The position numbers and the translations under genes were made by a program. Below the pieces are notes generated by a model. That model was not told the origin of the DNA. It worked only from the letters and a program-made list of their open reading frames with translations, and did not search any database. From an uncultured Bacillota bacterium (GTDB lineage Bacteria; Bacillota_I; Bacilli_A; RF39; UBA660): a DNA stretch of 64,000 nt. Where the stretch lies: positions 9,549-73,548 of the forward strand of contig CAMJOB010000001.1 of NCBI GenBank assembly GCA_946407495.1, written 5' to 3'. Below, one piece after another: positions 7,715-22,509 of the stretch (positions are counted from its first letter, which is position 1; every line of letters begins with the position of its first letter).

Positions 7715-10117
7715 ATGAGTGAAATTAAATATAATAAAGATGGAAGTATTGCTAAGAAAAGAGGACGTCCTAAAAAGTAGAAACCTGAAATTCCAATAGA
7801 ACTTCCACAAGAAGTACAAGATATAATTAAAAAGGCTACTGAAGAAGTTCCAAAAATTACTGAAGTTCAAGAAGATCCATTAGCTAAAGTAAAAGAAGCT
7901 GTAAGAGATTCTTTTAATGGATGGGATGTTCCTAAAGAAGAACGTATTACACGTTTTGATAAAAGACTTTCTTATGAACTTACTGGATATAAACCAATTA
8001 CTGCAACTAAAAGTTTAGACTTTAGACCAGAATGGTTTACAGAAGCCAGAGATACCTTTTTAAGAACAGGTAAATATTGTAGTTATCCATTTCGTTCTAA
8101 AGCATACGATGACTTTTGGCATGAAGAATATGTAAGATGTAGAGATGGATATACTGTAAATGGTTATACACTTACAGGACCAAACTATTATTATCTTAAC
8201 TATTATCAATTACCTAATATTGATGTAGAGAAAGCGGGTAGTGGACGTTTAGCTGTATTTCCAAAATTCTTAGTATTTCAATATGAGTTCTTTCATTATT
8301 TTGAAATATGTAGAATACTTAAAAAAGATGTATGTTTGATGAAAGCTCGTGGAGTAGGATTTAGTGAGATTAACGCTGCCATTTGTGCTTGTATTTATAA
8401 TTGCTTTAGAGAAAGTAACTGTATGATAACAGCACAACTTAAAAACTATCTTGATAAATCATTAGATAAAGCATGGAACGCTTTATCTTTTACAAACGAT
8501 AATACAAGTGGTGGTATGTTCAAACTTACACAAGTGCATAACACTCAATATTATAAAAAATCATCTTGGTACAAAAAAGAAAACGGACAAGATATTGAAA
8601 CAGGTTGGAAATCACAAATCGTAGGAATTGTAGCAGATACTGATGCTAAGATTCGTGGTGATCGTGTTGACTTACTTGTTTATGAAGAGGCTGGATCAAA
8701 TACAGCTTTACGAAAATCTTATATTAAGGGTAAAGCCTTAATATATATTGGTGGTAAAAAGTTCGGAATAAGAATGTGTGGTGGTACAGGAGGAGACCGC
8801 GGTATTGCACTTGCAGACCTTGCAGATATGTATAATGATCCTGAGTCTTTTGATGTATTACCATTTTATCACAATTATACACCGTCTGGAGATTGGATTG
8901 AAACTGCTTATTTCATTCCTTCTTATATTGGAGCTGTAACAGAATACGGAGAAGATGCTGATGGTGTTAAAAGAAGACTTCTTGATGAAAGAGGTTATTG
9001 TTTTTGGGAAAATTACAAAGAACAATTAGATTACGATAGATCCAAAATTAAAAATCCTAAAGCATTAATTGAACATTGCGCAGAGTATTGTTATACTGCT
9101 GATGAAGCCTTTGCACTTGAGGGTGAAAATAAATTTAATAAAGTTTTATTAACAGAACAATTAATGCGTATTCGTGTTTTAAAACAAGCACCTAAATTTG
9201 ATTATGGTGTACTTAAATTTAAATACGAGTCTGGAAAACAACATACAAGTGAAAACGTAAGAGGTGTAACTTGGCAATCTACCGCTAAAGGTCCAGGAAC
9301 AATCAAGATTCTTGAGCATCCTTTATGGGAATGTCAACCTAAGAAAGATGAATCTGGAATGATAATCTGGAATCCACCTGATAAACAAGCTAATTTATAT
9401 GTAGCTGGTTGTGACGGTATTGACTTAGGTAAACAAGATACATCTGAATATACAAAAGACCCTTCTGATTTTTGTCTTGTTATTTATAAAAGACAATTTG
9501 GATTAAGTGATCCACAGATTGTTGCTATTTATAAAGATAGACCACAAGACATAAGAGAAGCACATGAAACCGCAGTTAAATTAGCAATGTATTATAATTG
9601 TTTAATTAACATAGAGGCTTCACGTATATCGTTAGTCGGATATTGTAGAGACCGTGGATGGTTAAATTATTTAATGAAACGTCCAAGTATGTGTTTTTCT
9701 GATGTTACAAGAAAACATAGAGCAGGTTTACAATATGGTGTTCCTGCTACTGTAGCAAACATTGACCACCATACCGATTTAACAAGAGATTTCATAAATG
9801 ACTATTCACAAGGTATTTGGTTTGAAGAGTTCTTAGTAGAAGCTACCAAATATAGTGATGAAGAAAAACGTAAATTCGATATTATTGCTGCTACAGGTAT
9901 GGCACTTATGGGTAATGAAGAATTAGGTTCATTAGTTCCTAAAACAGTTGCACCTGTAGAAGTAAGACATCAAGATATTGGATATTATACAGATGATAGA
10001 GGAATTAAACGATTTGGTGTTATTCCAGATAAATACGCTGTTAAACTTAAAATAACACCTCCAACTAAAACATATGGATATGGAAGACAAACTAACCCAA
10101 GATATAGAGACTATTAA
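7715..10117 (+). CDS. terL: terminase large subunit (TerL); one TAG at codon 22 (7778-7780)
   Basis: Walker-A-like KARGVGFS, ATPase core DRVDLLVYEEAGS, C-terminal RNaseH-like nuclease region (YVAGCDGIDLG); frame 2 continuous from ATG 7715 into ORF 8336..10117. Confidence 0.85.
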
Positions 10118-10361
10118 ACAAGAAGTTATTGATATAGTTGAAGAATTATATGAATGTAAATTTATAGGTAAATTAAAAGTTACAGCATTAGATCCTGTTG
10201 GATATTCTGTAGCAATTGATTTATTATAGGGTGAAGATCCCATATTTATCACTGCAGAATTTCCTCATGATAAATTCTTAAAATTCTTATGTGAAGAATT
10301 AAGAATGAGAACTTTAGATAGAGTACAATTATTTGGTTTATATAAAGTATTTCCTAAATGA
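10074..10361 (+). CDS. small hypothetical protein (95 aa) overlapping TerL 3' end in another frame; one TAG (10227); TGA overlaps portal ATG
   Basis: frame 0 ORF from ATG 10074 through TAG to TGA 10359-10361; acidic helix-rich. Confidence 0.3.
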
Positions 10362-12553
10362 CTGCTGAAGACGAAAGATTAATAGAATTAACAAACAGAA
10401 CGATTTCTGATTTAGTATACGAAAAGACGGAACTTCAGAAAGCGTATAACATATATAATGGAAAACGCGACAAAGAGTAGTATAAGTATCTTGAAGATAA
10501 TTTCGGAATAGGTACACCTACCTCTGTCGAGTTTACTCCATTAGTAAGAAAGCACGTTGATGCTATGGTAGGTGAGTTTTTAGGAACTCCTATATTACCA
10601 AAAATTACGTGTAAAGATAAAGAAACAATAAGTAATATACAACGTGAAAAGCAACTTAAAATAAATGCTGAAATTGTAGATTATTTAAAGCATCATTTAC
10701 AAAATTAGATTTTAAGATTTATTACAGGAAAAGCAATGGATGATACTTCTGTTAAAAATAAACTTCAACAAATTGTAGAAGATTTAGATGAAGATTTTAT
10801 TTCTGAATATGAAGTTGCTGCTTAGAATGTAATACAATATATTTTACAAAGTAGAAGAACTGATTTATTAACTAAATTAAAGTTAATTTTACTTGATTTA
10901 TTTATATCAGGATATACTTTTTATAGAGCTAAACCTTCTACTGCAAAAACTAATGTTGAAGTAGAAGTTTTAGATCCAAGAAATACATTTATTGATAGAA
11001 ATCCAGAATCTCCTTATGTAAAAGATTCATATAGAGCTGTAGTTAGAAAATGGTTGAGTAGACCAGAAATATTAGCTCGTTATGGAAAAGATTTATCAAA
11101 AGAAGATGTTGATAAATTAAGAGAAGAATTTGAAGGATTAGATCAAGGTGGAAGTTTTTATAGAAGAAGTCTCGAAGGTGTTCCTTCTCCAATGTCAGAA
11201 GGAATACAAGCAAGATTTGAAGGAACAATAGGTCTTGATGCTGAAAGTAATGCAAATTATAGACTAATTCCTGTATATGAAGTAGAATGGATAGAAACCG
11301 ATGAAAATTTTGTAATGCAGAGATATGAAACAATTCGTATTGGAGATAACCAATCAGAAGATAGTTTCTTTATCTTAAAAGGAAAGAATGAAAATGTAGT
11401 TCGTTCTAAAGATGATCCTGCATTTTGTACATTATCAATAAATGGTTTATACTTTTTAAATAGAAACGATGAACCTTATTCTTTAGTTTTAGCTTGCGCG
11501 CATCTTCAAGACAAATATGATATACTTCACTTTTTCAGAGATAATCTTATTGCAAATAGTGGCACTGTTGGTGATTGGATCGATGTCTCGCTTATTCCAA
11601 CATATTTAGGACCAGAACCAACAGAAAGACTGCTTAAATGGATCAGTTACAAAAAATCAGGAATAGGATTAATTGATACAGCTCAAGAAGGTAGAATTGC
11701 TTCAGGACAAGCTCCACTTAATCAAACTTTTAGTGGCTTTGATGATACTATTAAAGCTCAAGCAATTCAATCTATACAATTAGCAATAGAAGATGTTGAA
11801 AATAACTGCTCTTCTATTACAGGTGTATTTAGAGAAAGACTTCAAGGTATAGAACAACGTGATGCTGTTACTAATATTAAACAAGGTGTTCAAAACTCGT
11901 TTATTGTAACTAAGCAATGGTTCCATCAAATGGATACTATTACTGCAGAATTATTAATTGATTCTTTAAATGTTGCTAAAGTTGTTTATAAAAAAGGACT
12001 TACAGGAACAATTATTCTTGGTGATAAAAGACAGAAAATATTTACTGCTTTACCAGAATATTTCACAGTAACTGATTATGATATAAGTGTTGTTACAAGT
12101 TCTGAATTAATTCAAGACTTGGAACAAATAAAAGCAGTAGTTCCAGAATTTATTAAATCTGGACAATTACCTGCTGATATATTATTTGAAATTATAACTT
12201 GTAAGAGTCCATCTGATATTAAAATAAAAATCAGAAAAGCCTTAAAGAAACAAAAAGAAGAAAATAATACAATTCAGCAATTACAACAACAATTACAAGA
12301 AGCTCAACAACAATTACAACAATTACAAAATGAAAATTCTCAGCTTAAATCTAAGGTTGAAGCACTTAATGAAAAGAGACTTCAATTAGATGCTCAGAAA
12401 ATTCAACTTGATAATAAAGTTAATATGTTTAAAGCTCAAACTGATAGAGATTACAAAACAATTGAAGCACAAGTTGATCAAGATAAAGTTAAGATAGAAC
12501 AGGCTCAATTATACGATAATAATCCATATAATGATAAAATTAGAATGTCATGA
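10358..12553 (+). CDS. portal protein (call by size, position after TerL and C-terminal coiled coil); 3 TAG codons
   Basis: frame 2 continuous from ATG 10358 through TAG 10475, 10706, 10823 into ORF 11054..12553; 731 aa. Confidence 0.55.
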
Positions 12554-15500
12554 ATAAAAAGTTATCAAGTTTCGAAAGTATATCTACCTCAGAAATAAAT
12601 GATAGTTCAGTTTATGTATCTGCTGTTTAGAAATTAAAAGATGGTAGTTATAAAAATATTAATATTCCTATTTCTCAACTTTCTGGTTTATGGAATAACG
12701 ATGTTCAACTGGCTATTGCTAATGCAGATTTTGAGGGAGGTGCAATTGATGCTGAAGTAATTCATCAGGCTGCTTTATAGGCAGTAGATGCTGCATTAAC
12801 AGAAGCAAGACAGGCTGTTAATGCAGCTATCGCTGCTGCAAATGATTTTGCAGGAGATGTTGCTACAGGTAATACAGCAACATAGAAAGCAATTGCTGAT
12901 GCTCAACAGCAATTAAATCAAGCTATTCAAGATGGACAATCTGTAGTAGCTTAGATGCAAACTATGTATGCACAATATTTTGGAGATAATGGTGAAGTGC
13001 GTCAAGCATTAAACGAAGCAAATAGAGATTTAAATACATCTAGAGCACTTTTAACTTCAGCACAAGAAGATTTACAAGCATTAGCAAATGGTGAAATTAC
13101 TCCAGAAAGTTTACATGAAATCGAAAGAACTGTAAACGGAATTAAAGAAATGTGGGGAATTGAAGGTACTTATGTTAATTCAGAAGGTACTGTTGCAAAT
13201 AAAGTGTTAGAATATGTAGACATGGCATTAGCACAAAAGAATTTAAAAATGACTAACATTAATGGTGAAACTAATAATGTTACATCATTTGAACAACTTG
13301 TTGATGCTGCTAATGGAATGTACACAACTACATTAAATAGAATGAATACTGCTGAACAAAAAGTTACTCAAATGCAAGAAGAGTGGGATGTAACAAAAGG
13401 TGAAATGTCAGAATATGTAAAAACTTCTGACTTTAGCGATCCTACTAAAGCATCACTTAAATCAGCAGTAAAATCAATGACTGATAGTTTAATTAAACAA
13501 ACAGTTAGAGATACAACTTTAGATGTAATCACAACAATAACTATTCCTATTAACTCACCTCAAGGTTATACAGTGAGAGTTCCAAATATTGAAAAAGAAA
13601 CTTTCTATTATATGTCTTGGGATGATGCAGAAGGTGATAATGCAATTCCTTTAAATTATCAATTTAAAGTAGTTGCAAGTGGTAATGCTGTCCCATCTGC
13701 AGATAATAATAGTTGGAGTCCTTTAACTTTAGATGGAGTTAATTCTCCTACTGTTGTAGCCTATGACAATGAAAATGTTATTCCAGATACTAATGATAGA
13801 TATTTATTCATTCAGTATAATGGATTAGGACCAGCAACTAAACAAATTGATGTAAAAGTATGTATTGAAAAATACTTATCACAAACACAAATATAGCAAA
13901 CAGCTAATGCTATTGTTTTATCTGCAATTAATAGTTTAAAAGAAGGAGGACAATTAGCATCTAGTTTAACTCTTACAGACGACCAAATTAGTACAGCTGT
14001 AAGAAGATATTTTAATAGTATTAATTTCAATGCAACTAGCATAAAACAAACTGCCGATCTTATTCAACAAACAGTATTAAGTTTCTTAGACGAAGGAAAC
14101 AACAATTATAGAACATTACAATCTGTAATTAAATCTGCTAAAGATTCTATTGAACAATCTGTTGAAGATTATACTTTAACTTTATTAGAAGAATTTAAAA
14201 ATAGTGCTCCTAATACTGACCATAAAATAAATACTGATTATAGTATTGATAATAGTGGTTCAAGTATCACATTTAAAAATAGAAGAAGAATTATTTCAAA
14301 TCTTGAACAAGGACATACATATTTTATAAAATGCGTTGCTTTATCAAAAATTTATTATAAGTACGGAACTTATAATTTTGCAAATGTAAACGTAGATGTT
14401 GCTTTCCTTGAAAATGAAAATAACGGATGGACTAAAGTTGTAACTCCAGATTCTATTAAAGTAGATGTTCCTAGTGATGCATCTTGGAGTACAATTACAT
14501 TCTTCATAGAATGTGCAAAGAATAATGCTAATCCACCTCAGTATTTAGCAAATAATGATTTTTCTGTTCAAGTATTTGAAACTGCAACATCAAAAGCTGC
14601 TAATTTCAAAATTACTCCTGAAATGATTAAAGAAACCATTAGTGGTGATACAGGAGCTGATGGAATTATCCATTAGATTTATCAAAGACTTGCTCGTCCA
14701 AGTGGAACTTCAACAACATGGGGAGAAGTAGGTGGTGGATTCTTAAATCAAGCACAAGTTGATGAGAGTGCAGAAGAAATATGTAGAACATTAATGGGAA
14801 TGAGTACAGGAGATGCTTCTACTGATCCTATTGTTAGATCAAGTGAGTTAAAACAATCTTTAGATGAAATAAAATCAGATGTAAGTAAAATTCAGTATTT
14901 AGCTCTTAAAAACGAAGGAGATGATGCTCTTTCATCTGAATATTTCGGAATAAGTAATAAATCTGGATTTAATTATTTAAATGGTATATCACAATATTAG
15001 AAAGGTCCAGAATTTGATATAACTCCAAATGCAGATGCTTTTGGATATTTTAAAATAAAGGTTCCTTATCCAAATACAGACTATACTCTTCTTTTAGTTG
15101 ATTTAGATAAATATAATTTTGGAGAAGTTCACTTTGTAAATGCTGAAACTCTTAATAGCATTACAGAAAATAACTTCAAACAAGATAAATCACATACATC
15201 TTGTGTTTATACACCTGATACTAATTATCCAACTAAAAATAAATTAAATCCATTACATTTTGAAAGTGTAACAACAGGATATTTATCATTTAAAATAATT
15301 AGAGCTGCTGGCAATAACAATACTTTAAATGCTACTTATTTTTAGAACAATCCTGTTCATGTAAAATTAGGTATTCCTACAGATGTTGCTGTTAGTAACA
15401 TTAAACAAACAGCGGATTCTATAACAGAACAAGTAAGTAGTTTAGAAGAAACATGGGGTCCAAATGGAGAAAAAGCTCAATCATTAAATACAGCTTTATA

Positions 15501-18054
15501 GAGTATTACACCAAATGCTATAGAGTCTGTAGTAGCAGAAGAGATTGATGGTAAATTAACTGGTTACTCTACAATAGAACAAACTAAAGATTTTATTGCT
15601 TCTACTGTTGGTGCAGCTGGTGCAGTAACTAATAAATTCCATGATCCTTTATTTAAACATGATTATAGTTATTGGCATAGAAGATATAGTAATTATCCAA
15701 ATTATTCTAATATTGCAAATATAGTTAGTCCAGCTGCTAACGTATATAATAAATATTATGATAATAACAATAATTATTATCAAATAAACTCTTCAAATAT
15801 ATTAGAAAAAGATCTTAAATCATTTATAATATATGATAATAATACTTTAAATATTAACGGTTTAAGTGCTGAAGATAGAAGACATATTTATGGATTATAT
15901 ACAAATTTAAAAGTAATATCTGGTAATAAGTATACAGCATCATTTTATATTAAATTACCTGCAGTTTTTAGTTCAGGATATACATCACTTATCGATGTTC
16001 CTAATTCAAATAACAAATTTAGATGTTCTTTCCAAAATCTTATGTTAAATGTAGGATTTGTAGATGAATTAGCAAAATTAACTCCTAATTTTTATATTAC
16101 TCTTCTTTCTACAGAAAATTCTCTTGAAGATATAGAAAATACAGAATATACTATTGTTGATGGAGAAGAAGTTGAAAATTGGAGTTCAGAAACTCTTTAT
16201 AATACTCAACATAAAAAAGCATATAAGTTTAATAATCAAGGAAATTTAACAGGAAATGGATTTAATAATGGATCAGTTGATCTTGATCAATTTGGATTAT
16301 GGATTAAATTCGGATAGGGTAATTTATTAAATTATTTAAATAAAGCATTTACTATAAGTCTTGGAGATGTTGATAATTCTGGTATAAATATAGAATAGAA
16401 TATAAGATATAGATGGTTTAAAATATGGTTTACATTTACTGCTGATAATAAGCATATTGTTAAAAATTCCGATACTTCATTAACAAATATTGTGGATGAT
16501 CGTGATAGAGCATTTTGTTTTGAACCTTGGACTAATATTTATTCAAATAAATATTCAAGAATATTCTGTGAATTTGCTGCTCCTATGTTAAATTCTGGAA
16601 CTACACCTTTAAAGTTTAGTTCTCAAGAAAAATCTGATGAAGTTTATAGTGTAATTAGTCAAACTAAAAATGCAATTGATTTATCTATAAATAATGTTAG
16701 ACAAGGATTAGAAAAAGTAGGAATAACAATAGATGCTGAACATCCAGAAAAAAGTAAAATAAAACTTAATGCAGATGTATTAGAAGCTGATTTAGCTGAA
16801 GCTACATTTACAGGAAATATTAAAGCAAAAAGTTTTGAAGTACAACCAGAAGGTAGTGATAGTTCTATTTCATTAGTTATTTATAATCCAGACGATACTA
16901 GTTTTGTTCATAAATATATAACTGATCACAATACAACTTTAAAAATAAGTGCGGGAACTCCTGTTTTAGTTTCAACTGTAGGTGAGGATGTATATTTAAT
17001 AAACTTAACTAAGATTAATAAAAATGGAGACATTACATATTATTTTAAAATACGAACAGATATTCCTATTACAATAAAAAATATAGGATATTCTGAAGAA
17101 TCTGGAAGTACTATATCTACATTTAAAATTAAACCAGTAAAATACTTTTTAGATAATGTTTATAATATATATTTAGAGAAATATGTAGCAGAATCAATTG
17201 TAGATACTTAGAATAACACAATAACACTTGGTAATGTTACTTCAAATTCTTTCTATAATAGTCTTAATTGTAGTGGTTTTACTTTTAAGTATTCTACAAA
17301 TGAAGGTGATAAGTCATTAACTTTTGACGGTAATGATAAACCATATATAAAATCTACAGGAGTTTTAAAATACAAATCTATAAATTTAAAACAAGTTGCA
17401 CAAAACATTAGAGATATTAATTATTTTTCTATTAATAGTCCTGTATTTTCATTAGATTATTCAAGGGGCGGCGATATTTATGATATGCCAATATACAGAC
17501 ATAATTTTAGTCAACCAGGTAATTCTGCTTATGATTCAGCTGGAAATCTTCATGTTACAAATGAAGGTTCATTAAGAATGTTTAAAGTATATAAAAACAT
17601 AAATAGTTCAGGAACATTAATTGATTTAACTCACTTTGAAAATAATAAGCGTTCTGATGATAAATATTGTTATGCTATAGAATCTAAAGATCGAACAACA
17701 GGAGAGATTTTCTATCAAATCTTAGGATTTTATAATATTACAACTTATTTTGGAGATCTTACAAATAATAATCGTTATTATGGTGATATTTATGATGTTG
17801 AACAAGGTGATGGTTCAAAATGTTTTTCAATAGCAGAAAATATAATTAATAATTGTTTTGTAATAGGATGTTTTATTAGTAAAAATCTTAATGAAAATAC
17901 ATTAACTGATAATAATAATAGCTATAGAGTATTTTTCAATGAAGATGAATGTACTAGACTTAATGACAGATTATCACGTGGTTATGCAGGAGCAATAGGA
18001 AAAGCTAATAATTCTTGGAATAGTAAAAAAATTATAGTAGATAAGTACAATTAA
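12550..18054 (+). CDS. giant virion-associated protein (1834 aa) read through 12 TAG codons; function unknown (head/tail fibre or decoration-like)
   Basis: single frame (frame 1) with no TAA/TGA for 5.5 kb; joins ORF fragments 12955, 14794, 16042, 16492, 17485; ATG overlaps portal TGA (ATGA). Confidence 0.55.
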
Positions 18055-18064
18055 TAAAATTAAA

Positions 18065-18105
18065 ATGGAAGGGAATGATTCTCTTCCATTTTTTATTTAT
18101 TTATA
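18065..18105 (+). terminator. rho-independent terminator after the 1834-aa ORF
   Basis: 11-bp stem atggaagggaa/ttctcttccat with 3-nt loop followed by ttttttatttatttat. Confidence 0.6.
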
Positions 18106-18168
18106 AAATAAATTTTGAAAATTTAAATATTTAGTTTACTTTTATAAATAATCAATAAATATGTAATT

Positions 18169-18975
18169 ATGAATACATTAATAGACCTTTGTAAAAATCA
18201 AAATTGTGAAATAATAGTTACAGGAAAAGAACTCGATTAGAACTATTATGCTTAGGAATTATCAACAGAAATAGGTTCTTTTCGATATATTGACACAGTA
18301 ACTATTAATGTATTGTATAAAGTTAATTCTAATAATGAAGAAACTTTAAAAACTATGCAAATAGTTCAACATTTACAAGAAAATGTAAACGGAGAGATTA
18401 TAAATAATTTAGATAAAACACAATTTCAATTAGATGAAGACGGATTATATAGAATAGCTCATATTATAATTCCTACAAGAGAGTGGTTTGATCTTATGAT
18501 TTCTAATTATGGAATTGAAAATATTCCTTATGACAATATTTATGTATATGATAATTTAAAGATATATAAATATACAAATAATGAATTTATACAAGTTCCT
18601 TATTCTGAAATATTTGAACATGACTCAGAAGGATCAAATATTGAAAATTCTACATTATCTTTTACGTGTAATGAAACTTTTTCATTTTGTCATACTAAAA
18701 AATGTTATACCAAAATTGCAACAAAGTTATTAAATAAATATTGTCCTTTAGATTGTAACCTTGAATCATTTAGGGAATTAATATATAAAAGGGATTTACT
18801 TTGGATGGTAATGAATGTTATAACTTATTTACTTGAATTAGGAAGTTTCTTAGAAGCACAAAGAATTATAGAACAATTTACACATTGTAATGATTTTTGT
18901 AAAGAAGAATTAAAAAGTAAAGGAGGAGTTAGCTGTGGATGCGATACGAATAATGAAAAACTCGGTCATTTCTGA
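18169..18975 (+). CDS. hypothetical protein with Cys-rich C-terminus; 2 TAG near 5' end
   Basis: ATG 18169, TAG at 18238 and 18250, continues into ORF 18313..18975 (TGA). Confidence 0.4.
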
Positions 18976-19109
18976 TTTTCAAAAATTACTTAAACGATTA
19001 AATGTGGGTTATTAGGACGATTATCAAAAGATATTGACTAAAATAACTTTTATAGAAGTGGCAAGTTAGTTAAAAAATCCTTACTCAATTTATGAAAAAT
19101 TATTAAGTT

Positions 19110-20456
19110 ATGAATGATACTTTTGTAAAAAATTGTTGCGGATCAGGAATATACGGAAGTCCTGGACATTCAATAGATTTTAGTGGGAATGGTGGAAACA
19201 ATAATGGAAATAATGGAGGACAAACTCCTGTTACCATTGATGATTCAAACTATTTTAAAATAACTAAATTATTTTAGGAATTAGATACTGAACTTAAAAA
19301 AAGACAAGCAAGATAGAACTTAGGAATTTTATTAGAAAATTTCGCTACTACTGAAGATTTATTAGAATATTTAAGAATTAGTGATATTGATTTAACTCAG
19401 TTTTTAACACAAGCTGATTTAGAAAATTATATCACAAGAGAAGAATTTGAAAATTCTGAATCACATTCTAATAGTAGATTAAAAATGGAGTGGAGTAATG
19501 ACTTAGGTAAAATGAAAGCCACTCTTGAAGATGGAGACGTTTATGTAAGTAGTGCTTGGGAAAAACTTACAAAACCTCTTTCACCAACTATTGCAAATAG
19601 TTATTTAAATCATACAGTTAATACAGGTAGTGTTAAAATAGTTGTTACAAATAGACAAGTAGGTGCTGCCGTATATTATTCTGTAGATAATGGAGCATAT
19701 CAACCATTAAATAATAATTCTTTTACATTAGATAGTGGATTCCTTAATGATAACACTAATACTGCAAGAACATTTGTTGTAAAAGTTAAATGTTATTATA
19801 ATGGTATACAAAGTGATGAAGCAACTTATCAAATTGTAGTATCTCCTAAGTGTAATGCTGGTGTTATAACAATTAACAAAAATGGAAACGATAACGATTT
19901 CTCAACTAACGCTACTGTTATATTAACACCTTCTAATACAAAATGGGTTAATAATCAATATTCACTCGATGGTGGAGTAACTTGGTTTAACTTTAATAAA
20001 AATCCAAGTGACAACACAGATATTCCATTTGTTGTTCAGAATGTTTCACAATCTCAAAATGCAGGTAAATATCAAATTAGAAGTACATATCCAGGCTATG
20101 AAAGTGCTTCAGTAAGTAGTCCAGCGTTTATATTAAATGCTAAAAAGACTTATTATGGTTGGAGTACTAAAGAAAATATTACTACATTAAATGAAATTGT
20201 AGCATTTGGTACATCTGTTGAAGCATCTGGTTTGCAACCAGGTTCAATTGCTGGAACTTATCCATTAGGAGTTCCTAGTGCTCCATCTTATTTATGGGTA
20301 TTCCAAACAGATTATTTACGTCCTTCTCAATTCTTTACATCTGCCGATGACCAAATAGGTTGGGGTATGATACAAATGGAAAGTGTTGGAGGATATAATT
20401 GTTATCGTAGTGAAGTATTACAGAAAAAAGAAGCTAATAATATTTATATAAAGTAA
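19110..20456 (+). CDS. putative tail fibre/receptor-binding-like protein (448 aa); TAG at codons 65 and 77
   Basis: ATG 19110 frame 0 continuous into ORF 19485..20456; Gly/Asn-rich N-term then beta-rich domain. Confidence 0.4.
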
Positions 20457-20457
20457 T

Positions 20458-22503
20458 ATGGCATACAAATTAACTTAGCAACTAACTAGTGGTATGTATA
20501 ACAGAGGTGTTCTTAATACCACAGATGTAGACGATATAGATTCAAATGGAGTAAGAAGAACACAAAGAGAAATAAATGCCGATATTTATTCTAAACTTCC
20601 AAGTTCAGATACTGCAATAGCAGGTATAACAAAGGCTTTGTTTGATTCTGAAACAAATGAAATTAAATTTACAAACAATGATGATACAGTAATTTGTACT
20701 TTAGATGCTACACCTTTTTTAAATGATATAGCTATTGATGATATAGCTGTAGAAGATGCAGTAATAGACAATGAAACTGTAAAATGTCTTGTTTTTAAAT
20801 TTAATGATGAAAATAAAGAAAATATAAATATTCCTTTAGAAGATTTATACATTCAATTACAACCTCTTCTTACTGAACTTCAGAATGATATAAATAGTTT
20901 AAAGGATAGTCGTTTATTTAGAGAATAGAACGGAGGACTTAAAACATCTGAAGTTCTTAGAGCTTTCGGAAAAGATTCTTTCGCTGAAGGAAAAGGTATT
21001 TACAAAGCATTTGAACTTCGTGAAGATTATATTCCAGAAACTAATTATGTTTTCTTACTTGTAGAAGATAATGTTGGACAAAATATAACAATAGGTTCTA
21101 AATTATATTATCCTAAGAAAGTTGAAACTACAACTATACTTTCAAAATCATTAAAAGAAATTTATGAAGATTCTTTCTTAACATTAGAACTTGAATCTGC
21201 ATTTGTAAAAGATATAAGTGCTGGTGAAAACGTTTATGTAAAGATTGATAATAAATATGTTCCTATTGAAGTTGTAGATGATTATACAGCTGGAGATACA
21301 GAAATTAATGTTAACGAAAATGCTTTCTATAATATAGAAGATGGAGCAACTCTTTATGCAAATGTAACTGACGATCAATACGCTACAAAAATCGTTACTA
21401 ATTTAGAACATTATCATGGAGATAATGATTATGAAGCAATTAAAGTATATTTTGATTCAGCTATAGAATATAATTTAAATACAACTGATACAATTTATAT
21501 TGAATCAGGAATTGCTTCAGGTGAAGGCTCTCACGCAGAAGGACTCGGAAGTATTGCAAAAGGAGATTTCTCTCACGCATCTGGAGTATTCACAAATACT
21601 ACAAATGAAGGAGAATTTGCTTGTGGTAACAGAAATGTATCTACTCCAAATGTAACATTATTCTCAGTAGGAATAGGTGGTCAAGAGCAAAAAAAATGTG
21701 ACCATTTAAATGCTTTTGAAATAAACAAAGATGGAGATTTATATATAAAAGGAACAGGTGGTTACGACGGAACAAATATAACAGGAACAGGAGTTAAATC
21801 AGTACAAGAAGTTCTTTCTGATGTTGGAAACAATGCAGCATTAGAAGCAAGAGTTTCAGCAATAGAAGCAAGATTTGTACAAGAAATTATTGATAAGATT
21901 ACAGGTGGTATCAGTTTCACATTAGGAAACTTATACGCTGGTTATCCTAAAACAGTTACTGCAACAGGTACGATTTCTCTTCCTTCAGAAGTTACAGTTG
22001 ATAAAATTACTTCTATTAAATTAGTAGGTAATGGACAAACTGTAGAAGAGTCAGGTCAAACTTCTGTTAATATTCAAAATAGTGTAACTGCACCTCAAAC
22101 CTATACATTAACTGCAACAATAGCAGCACCATATACTAAAACAATTAGTAAATCTGCTACTATTAATCAAGTTTGTCCTATTTATATAGCACTTGTTGAT
22201 TCTAACATTGATACAGCAGCTAAAGTAATTACAGAAATTGCGAAAGTAGATAATCTTTACTCTCCAAATTCTCCTCTTAGTAATATTAAATCAATTACTA
22301 ATAAAGCATTTACTTATGCAGCTAATCAAAGATTAGCATTTATTTGTGGACAAAGTGGAATAAGAGTTAAACAAGTAGGAGGTTTAGCAGATGATCCTTA
22401 CACAGTTAATGGAGAATCAACTACAATTAATGGAATGACTGCTTATGTATATTTAACAGGTACACAACAAGCAGGAACAAGAAATATAACTTTTAACCCT
22501 TGA
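20458..22503 (+). CDS. tail fibre-like protein with repeated SHAEG motifs (681 aa); TAG at codon 7 and 20926
   Basis: GEGSHAEGLGSIAKGDFSHASG motif block typical of phage fibre/tailspike proteins; frame 1 from ATG 20458 to TGA 22501-22503. Confidence 0.45.
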
Positions 22504-22509
22504 TAAAAT

